A DNA stretch of 64,000 nucleotides from an uncultured Planctomycetota bacterium (GTDB lineage: Bacteria > Planctomycetota > Planctomycetia > Isosphaerales > Isosphaeraceae). The DNA lies in NCBI GenBank assembly GCA_963823665.1, contig CAWGMQ010000011.1, positions 1,088,001 through 1,152,000 on the forward strand. The letters are read 5' to 3'. This document shows positions 35,301 through 44,300 of this stretch, one piece after another (positions within the stretch are counted from its first letter, which is position 1; every line of letters begins with the position of its first letter). The notes beneath the pieces were generated by a model. The model saw only the letters and a list, made by a program, of their open reading frames with translations. It was not told where the DNA came from and ran no database searches. A program made the position numbers and the translations under genes.

Positions 35301-38300
35301 CTGGCCCCCTCGGTTAAGCCGTCGATGCTGGTGCCGCCGGCGTTGTCGTAGACCAGCTCTTCGCCGGTCGTCAGGCCATCGTGCGTGAAGATGGCGCCGT
35401 TCATTTCCTTCTGGAGCTCGACCGCTAGCTCAGCGGGCGTGTACGTCCCGGCCGCGAGCGTGATGGTAAGCGCCGTGCCGTTCACATTCACCACGAGGGT
35501 GTTGTTGCTGCTGGTAATCGTCGTCGAAGCGGCGGCGGGGGTCGAGCCGCTGATCGAGTTGCTCGAGGCTGAAGGCGAGCTGCCAAAGAGGGCGCTCTCT
35601 GCGGAGCCGCTCACCTGGATCTTCGAGGCGCCGGCGGGCAGTGGAACGTTAAAACTCAAGATCAGCGTGCCGTTGCTTTGCTCGGCGCTGAACAGGTAGA
35701 TCTCATTGCCGGAGATCGAGGAGCTCGTGGGATTGAACGTCACGGCCGGCGTGGATTGCAGCTTCGTGAGCGTGAAGTTCTGGCTCGAGGTGGCGCTGCC
35801 GGTAGACGATATCGGGATGGCGGTGCCGGCCAGGGCTTCGGCGTCGGTCGCGGCAAGCTGGATGTGGTTGGGATCGACCGCGATGACGTAGTACGTCTGG
35901 CCATCGACCAGGCCGCCGATCGGGGTGCCGCCATTGGCGTGGTAGACAACCGCGGTTCCGGTGGCGAACCCATTATTGGGTAAATCGATCTCGGTATTGA
36001 CGGGGATCGGGTTATCCGCGGTCGTGCTGACGGTCGTGCTGCCGGGGAGGACGCCGCTCGTGTAGGACAGGACGTTCGGATCCAGAGAGGACAGGCCGCC
36101 CAGGTAGTTATAGGCCAGGTCGGCACCGATGGAGCTACCGCCGCCGCTTGCGGCGACGCCCAGGGCGACCACGTACTCCGAGGCCGCTTCGCTCGAATTC
36201 ACCGTGACATTGCCGGCAGAGGCCGTGACGGTCGAGCCGAGCAAGTGCGCGTCCACTGTATTGGTGACGGAGTTGATGGTGAGGGTGCCCGCACCGGTGG
36301 AGCTCTTACCGCTGCCGCCCCCCCGGCGCCGACCGCCACCAGCAGCGGGCTCGAGGCGGCCGACACGCTGACGGAACCGTCCGAGGAAGTGACCGTGGAA
36401 TCGAAGATGTAGGCGGTGATGGCGTTGCACAAGACGTTGTAGCCGATGGACAGCCCGACGCTGTCGCTCTTTTGCGACAAGGCGACGCCGCCCGAGAACG
36501 AGGCGTCCAGCGACGTGTCGCCCGCCTGGACCGTGACGTTGCCGGTGCTGGTGACCGTGGCGCTGGCGATGTCGGCGTCGACGGTGTCCTGAACCAGGTT
36601 GATCGCCACCGAACCGCCCAGGGCGGAACCCTGGGTGCTGGCGGCGCCGGCCACCGCCAAGTTGAGGATCGAGGAGTTCTCGTCGGCCGTCACCTGGACC
36701 GCCGCCCTAGCGACGACGGTCCCACCCTCGATTTCGGCCATCGTGTTATTGGCGATATCGTTGAACGAGAACCGCCGCGCCGATGCCGGCGTTCTTGCCG
36801 CCGGCGGCCGCGCCCGCCCAGGCCACGATATTCGTCGTCCCGGTCGCCGAGACGGTCAGACCCTCGTCGGAATTGGCCGCCGGATAACCGGTGGTTCCGA
36901 CTAGCGTATTAATCGAATCGCCACTGCTGATATAGGCATCTGTCGTCTGATTGATCACGTTGACGATGAACGACCCGGCGAGGGCCTTACCGCCGGACGC
37001 GGAGCCGACGCCGCCGGCCAAGTCGGTCGCCTGGACTGAATTGATCAGCGTGGTAAGGACCGTGTTCAGAACGCTGGATTCAGAGATCTGGGTGAGCGTC
37101 GCGGAGGTAACGCTGGATATCGCCGGCGCCGCGAGGATCAGGTAGCCGGCGGTTAGGGGCTGGGGGGTGGTGGCCGTGAAGGGCGCCGAAAGCGTCAGCA
37201 CGGTGCCCGCCAGAGTGTAGGCGATACTCTCTATCGTCGTACCGGGTAGGATGCCGGTGCCGCTCACGGTCTCGGTGGGGGCCAGCCCCTTGACTGTATT
37301 GGTCGTTACCTGATTGGGATTCGTCGCGCTCGGTGTACCGGTGAAGGGGATGCTGCCTGTCGCCAGGACCACCGTCCCGGTCACGATGCCGGTGCCCTGG
37401 AGCGGCTCGCCGGCGAACAGCGGCGCCGAGCTGCTGAAGCCCGTGACCACAGGCGAATTGAGCGTAAGTGTACCGGTGATGGTTGTTGGATTGTTGGGGA
37501 TGATCTGGTCGGCCGTCGAGCTGGGGACCACGTCCGTCCCCGGATTGAGTGACGACTCGGAAGTGACCTGGGTCAGGTCGGCCACATTCGCTTGAACGCC
37601 CGAGGCGAGGAATGCGCTCGTCGTGTTGTTGAGGACGTTCACATTGACAGCGGCGCCGGCGCCCGTGTTCATGCCGACGGCCAGCGTGACGGCGATGTTC
37701 TGAAGCGTCTGGTCGTTTTCGGCGTGGACGGTCAGGCCGCCAAATGACTTCACGGTCGTTGATCCAGAGAGGCTCTCGGTAACACTGAACGTCGCCGGCG
37801 CCGAAAGGGTGATGGTGCCGGACGCCGGGCCGATAGCCGTGATCGTCGTCCCAACCGGGATGCCGTTGCCGGTGACAGTCTCCCCGACGTTGAGCCCCGT
37901 CGTACTGCTGATACCCGTGACCTGCATTCCGTTCAGTGTGCCGACGATGGTGCTGGGAAGTCCGGTGATCGTCTCGAAAACGGGGCCGCCGGTGATCGTC
38001 GCGGGCGCTGAAAGCATAATGCTGCCTGGTGAGCTTGCGGTCGAACGGACGATACTCGTGATCGTCGTCCCAACCGGGATGCCGATGCCGGTGACGGCCT
38101 CCCCGTCGAAAAGCACCGCCGTACTGCTGATGCCCGTGACCATGTTCAACCCGTTCGTGACTGTCCCGACGACAGAGCTTCCGGTTGGCGTTGCGGTGAG
38201 GCTCTCGGAAACGGGGGAAACGGGATTCGATAGCGTGATGGTTCCGGGTGCTGGACCGATACCCGTGATCGTCGTCCCGGCCGGGATGTCGGGGCCGCTG

Positions 38301-41300
38301 ACAGCCTGCCCGAGGGAGAGCTTCGCCGTGTTGCTGATGCCCATGACCTGATTCGATCCGCTCGTGATCGTGCCGGTGAGACCGCCGATCGAGGCCTGGG
38401 TATTGATCGTGATCACGTTGATCCCGGCCGAGCCCGCGTAGCCGCTGGCCTGCGATCCGAGGGCGACACCCAAGGCCTGTGTCGAGAAGTCGTTGGGAAG
38501 CGGCTGATTGTTGGTCCCCATGACCATCTGGGCACTGACGGTCACGCCGTCGGCCGAGATGGTGTCGCCGGCGCCGATCGTGGCCGTGTTGGTCACGGTG
38601 GCGACATTAAGGGACGCGGCGGCGCCGATCGAGTTCTGGCTGCCCGTAACCTTGGACACGGTCACGGCGGCGGCACGCCCGTCGGCCAGGGCCAGGGCGG
38701 TGGCCTGGTTGGCGGTTTGGACCGAGAGCGAGCCGCTGGTCGTTGTCACGGTGAGACCGTTGTCGATCGACGCGACCGTGCTGGTCGAAAGGACGTTGAC
38801 GGCGACGGCCGCCGCGAGACCCACCTGCGTCGCGCTTTTGGTGCCCGCCTTGGTCGTGGCCGAGCTCGAAGGCGAGGTGGTCTCGTCGCTGGATTTCGGG
38901 GGTGCCTTGACCTTGGTCGTATCGGCGGTACCCGTGGCATTGCTGTCCATCGGAGCGTCCGAGCCCCCCTCCGTGTCGGCGTAGCTGAACTGGTTCGACG
39001 TCTCCTGGTCCGCGGTCCCGCTGCTGCCGGTGGATGCAGGGGGAGGCGAAGAAGAGGAGGACGACGACGGCGGCGCGGGCGAGCCGCTCTCGCTGGCGAT
39101 GGCGGCGGCCTGACTGAACGACGTCACCGGATTCGCCGTCACGCTGATGGGGCCGGCGGCCGTGACGTTGCGGCCCAACTCGGCGAGGAACGAGTCCTGC
39201 GACACGTTTACGACCACCGAAGCCCCGACCCCGACGCCGCCGCTGGTAGCGGCCGTGGCGTCGGCCAGCGAGCTCACCGAGTACGACCCACTCGCTCCGA
39301 TCGTGAGAACCGCCCGCGAGGACCAGCGGAGTCGCACTGTCCGAGCCGACGCTGGCCGTGGTCATATCGCTGGCGATCACGATGGCGATGCCGGCGCCGA
39401 TGCCTATCTTGCCGGAGGCCCCGTTCGTTGCCGTGGTCGTGATCGTGTGGTTCGAGCTGGCGGTCACCGTCAAGCCGGCGGCGCCCGTCAGGCCCGCGTT
39501 CTGCTGCAACTCCGACTGGGTGGTGTCGGAAATGATGTTCAGGGCCAACGACGCGCCGACGCCCGCCTCGCCGCCGGTGGCGACGCTACCCGGCACGGGT
39601 AGCGCCGACGTCGTGTCGGTCGAGTTGTTCAGGGAGGTTATCGAGACAGTGCCCGCGACACTGCCCGTGTCATTGTCGGCGGTGACAGAAGCGCCGGTCT
39701 CGATCAGGGCTTGACTGGTGTTGTTGACGATGTTGATCGCCAGCGACCCGGCCACGCCGATGTCGGTCTGCCCCGCGCCAGAGCCCGCGCCGGAGGTCGC
39801 CGAGGCGCCGTATACGTTCATCGGAGTGGTGCCGAGCATTCCCGCATTGACGATCACACCATCGGTGTCGATCGTCGCGGCCTGGATCGTCGCCTCGGTC
39901 GAGGCATCGACGAGGTTCAAGGCGACCGCGGCGCCGATTCCGGCCTTGGTGTTCCCCGCGGTCGCCGAGGCGGCGCCCGAGGCGGTCGCCGTGTCGCCGT
40001 AGACGGGGTTGGCGCTCGAGCCGGTGTCGTTGGTCGCGGTGACGGTCAAGGGACCGCCTGAGTCGGTGATGGTCAGGCCGGCGGGCACAGTCGCATCGGC
40101 CTGGCTGTCGGCGATGTTGACAGCCACCGCGGCGGCCACCGTGACCCCACCGTCGGACGTCGAGGCCGACGGGGTCGCGGCTTTGCCCTTGCTGTCGCCG
40201 ACACCGGAGGAATCCCCTTCGCTGTCCGCGAAGTTACGCTGCTTGGCGTTCTGGCCGTCGACGGAGTTGGAATCCTTTGTATCTGAGTTGGGCCCTTCCT
40301 CGCTCGTGTTCTCGCTGGATTGCGGCTGACTCGATTCCTGCGTATTGGTCTCCCCGCCGGAGGCGCTGGCCGTCGCATTGGCGGCGCTGGCGGACGACGC
40401 GTTGGCGATGAACGAGACGCCGCCCGAGCCGGTGGCCGTGATGTTCCGCAGGGTGGTCGCGGTGGTTTGATCGGTGGCGATGTTGAGGGCGATGGCCGCG
40501 CCCACGGCGGCGGAGCCCGTGCCCATGGCCGTGCCGCCGGAGGTGCTGCTGGTCGCACTGGTGTGGGTGGCCGTCGCCGACAGCGATCCCACCGTGAGCG
40601 TGCCGCCCGTCCCCACCTCCGCCGTGGTCGTGTTACTGGCGAGCGACAGCGCCACCGCGGGACTGACCGCGATCCCACCCGCCGCGCCCGCCTCGGCCGT
40701 CGTACTCATCGTATCGAGTGAGGTCGCCGACAGCGACGTCGCCCCGGCCCCGGTCATCATCACGTTGTCAGCCAGCTCCGCCAGGGCCGTATTGCTGACG
40801 ATATCCAGTCCCAGCGAGGCGCCGACACCGACCGAGCCGCCGCTGCTGGGGCTGCCGGGCGCCGGCATCGCCGACACGGTGGAATTCGCATCTTCCTCGG
40901 CCGTCAGCGACACGGCGCCGGTGCCGCCGGAGGTAATTGTCACCGTGGCACCGGACGTGGCCGGTGGGATGGCGTAGCTCTGACCGATGGTCGCCTGGCT
41001 GCTGGCACTCACCAAGTTGATCGCCAGGCCGCCGGCCACGCCGACGTCCGTGCCGCCCGCGCCGGCGGTCGCCGTGGCGCCGTAGGTGCTGGGCGTCTCG
41101 ACTCCACTTGCCATCCACTGCTGCGCTCCCACCGTGATGGCACCGGCATTGATTGTCGTCCCGGCGCCGATGGCACCGAGCGAGCGAGACTTGACCAGGT
41201 TCAGCGCCACCGCGGCGCCAACGCTGTCCTTTGCCGTCCCGGACGCCACGCCAGTGGCGGCGGCCGTGCCGCCGGTGGTGTTCTGCGCGCTCACTGTCAG

Positions 41301-44300
41301 CGTGCCCGGAGCGGTGATGGTGAGCCCGTCGGGGATCGTGGCGTCGGCTTCACTGTCGGCGAGGTTCACGCCCACCGCGGCGGCCACCGTCACCGAACCG
41401 TCGGACGTCGAGGCCGCCGGGGTCGGTGCGGCGCTCTTGCTGTCGCCGGAGCCGGACGAATCGCCTTCGCTGTCAGCGAACTTACGCTGCTTGGCGTTCT
41501 GGCCGTCGACCGAATTGGAGTCGTTTGTGTCTGAGTTGGCACTTGCTCACTCTTCTCACTGCTACTCTCGGTGGACTGCGGCTCACTCGACTCGGTGGTG
41601 TTCGACGGTCCGCCCGAGGCGCTGGCCGTCGCATTGGCGGCGCTCGACGACGACGCATCGGCGATAAACGAAACGTTGCCGCCCGTACCGGTCGCGGTGA
41701 TGCTCCGCAAGGTCGTCGCGGTGGTCTGGTCGCTGGCGAGATTGAGGGCGATGGCGGCGCCCACGGCGGCGGAGCCGGTGCCGGAGGCGGTGCCGCCCGA
41801 CGTCGTGGAGGTCGAACTGGTGTGGGTCGCCGTCGCCGAGAGCGATCCCACGGTGAGCGTGCCGCCGGAGCCGACCTCCGCCGTGGTTGTGTTGCTGGCG
41901 AGCGACAGGGCCACGGAGGGACTGACCGCAATGCCCCCGGCCGCGCCTGCTTCGGCCGTGGTGCTCATCGAATCGAGCGATGTGGCCGCCAGCGACGTCG
42001 CCCTTGCGCCGGTCATCACGACGTTGTTCGCCAGCTCCGCCACAGCCGTATTACTGACGATATCCAATCCCAGCGAGGCGCCGACACCGACCGAGCCGCC
42101 CGAGGCGCCGCCGGAGGCCGGCATGGCCGAAACCGTCGAATTGGCATCCTCCTCGGCCGTCAGCGACACGGCGCCGGTGCCGCCGGAAGTGATCGTCACC
42201 GTGGCGCCCGAGGTGGCGGGCGGGCTGGCATAGCTCTGCCCGATGGTCGCCTCGCTGCTGGCACTGACCAGGTTAATGGCCAGGGCGCCGGCGAGGCCAA
42301 CGTCCGTGGCACCCGCGCCGGCGGTCGCTGTGGCGCCGAACGTATTGACCTCCGGCGTGCCCGAGTCCTGGTGCATGGTGGCACTGAGGGCCACGGACTG
42401 GGCGCTGATGGTGGTCCCGGCGCCGATGGTGGCCATGTCGCGGGATTTGACCAGGTTGAGCGCGACGGCGGCGCCGACGCCGAGTTTGGCGGTGCCCGCG
42501 CCGGTGCCGGAGGCCGTCGCCGTGTCGCCAAAGACCGTGCCGGAGCTGGCCCCGGTGCCATTGGCGGCGGTGAGGGTCAAGGGGCCGGCCGCGGTGATGG
42601 AAAGGCCGTCGGGGATGGTCGCCTCGGCCTCGTTATCGGCGATATTGACGGCCACCGCGGCTGCCACCGTGACTCCACCGTCGGAGGTCGAGGCCGTCGG
42701 GGTATCGGCGTCACTCGTGCTGCTGCCGGCGTCGGCCTCGTTTCCGTCGGAGTCGGTGTCCGTACTCGCCTCGCTGTCGGCATAGCTGCGTTCCTCGGCG
42801 TCCTGGCCGTCCACGGAGTTGGGATCGCTGGTGTCGGATCCGGAGGCCGCCTCGGAGCTGCTGGCCGGGCCCGAGTCCGACTCCTGCGACTCCTGGGTGT
42901 TGGTCGGACCGCCCGAGGCGCTCGCGGTTGAGGTGACGACACTGGCGGCCGACCCGTCGGCAATAAACGATACTCCCCCTCCCGTCGCGTCGAGGGAACG
43001 GCCGGTCGTTGCCGTGGTCTTGTCGGTGACGATGGCCAGGGCGATCGCGACGCCCGCCGAGGCCGAGCTCCCCATGCCGGACGCCGCCCCCGATGTGGTC
43101 GACGCCGAACCGATGTGGGTCGCGGTGGCCGAGAATGCGCCGGTGACCGAGAGCGGGTCATTCGAGCTGTCCGGGGTCCCGACCTGGGCCTGCGTCGTGT
43201 TGGTCACGAGCGTGATGGCCGCCGAAGGGCTGATCGACAACGTTCCCCCCGCCGAGCCCGCCATCGCGTCCGTGGTGACCGTGTCGCTTGAGCCGGCGGT
43301 GAACGTCAGGTTGTCGGCACCGGTCAGTTTAGCCGTGTTCCCGAGATTCGCCAGCGTGGAGTTGCCGCCGATGTCAAGCGCGATCGACGCGCCGATGCCG
43401 CCAGAGCCGGTCCCGGTTGCCCCCGTGCCGGCCGGCTGGGCTGTCGCCGCCTCGGTGGCGCTGTCCTGCGCGTTGAAAGTCACGCTGCCATTGTTTGCGT
43501 GGGTATTGTTCGTGATCGAGACGGTCGAGCCCGATGGGACCGTTGCCGCGCTCGTGTTGGACACGATGTTCAGAGCCAGCGAGCCGGCGAGCGCGATTGC
43601 GCGCCCGAGGCCCCGGAAGTCGCGGATGCCGAGTCATTGTGAACGTCCGATGGGGACGCCATGGGCGTGGTTGCCTGAACTGTGATGGCGGGCGACGAGA
43701 GGGTGGTCGCGCCGGTCGTGCTTTCGACCGTGGCCGTGTTGCTCTCGTCGGCATCGTTGATCGCGACCGCGACGCCCACGCCGGCTTCGGCCTCGCTTGC
43801 GGTCGCGTCGCCGCTGGCCACGGTGGTCGTATTGTTGTCTGAGGACGCGCTGATGTTGATGGCACTCGTGCCCGTGACCGAGGACGAGTCGACGTAGGCC
43901 TGGGTCGTCGGCGTGAACCGGCTCACCGCCACGGAACCGGCGACGCTTATTGGAGAGCCGTCCGACTCGGCCGTGTCGGCGGGCGCGGATACGTCGGTGG
44001 AGAGCAGGCCTGTCGGCGGTTCGGGGCTTCCTGCCGCGGTGTAGTATGGGTCGAGGTGCCCCTTGAGGATGTTTTCAACCTGAGTGAGAATGCTGGAGCC
44101 GGCGCCGGCGATCGTCGAGCTGGCGGTCGTGGCGGCCGTGTTGGTTGTCGTGGCCGTGACATTGACCGTGGCGCCCTTCACGGTTGAGCCGCCGGCGACA
44201 TCGGCCTGGCTGGTGGTGTTGTCGACCGTCACGGCGGCGCTCGCCCCGCCGATACCGCTCGAGCCGTTCACGTCCGTCGTCACATTGGTGGTGTTGGTCG

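Noticed and set aside
36318..36324. Phase-variable homopolymer (C7) switch
   Set aside because: One of many short G/C-run indels typical of long-read error. It cannot be distinguished from artefact here.
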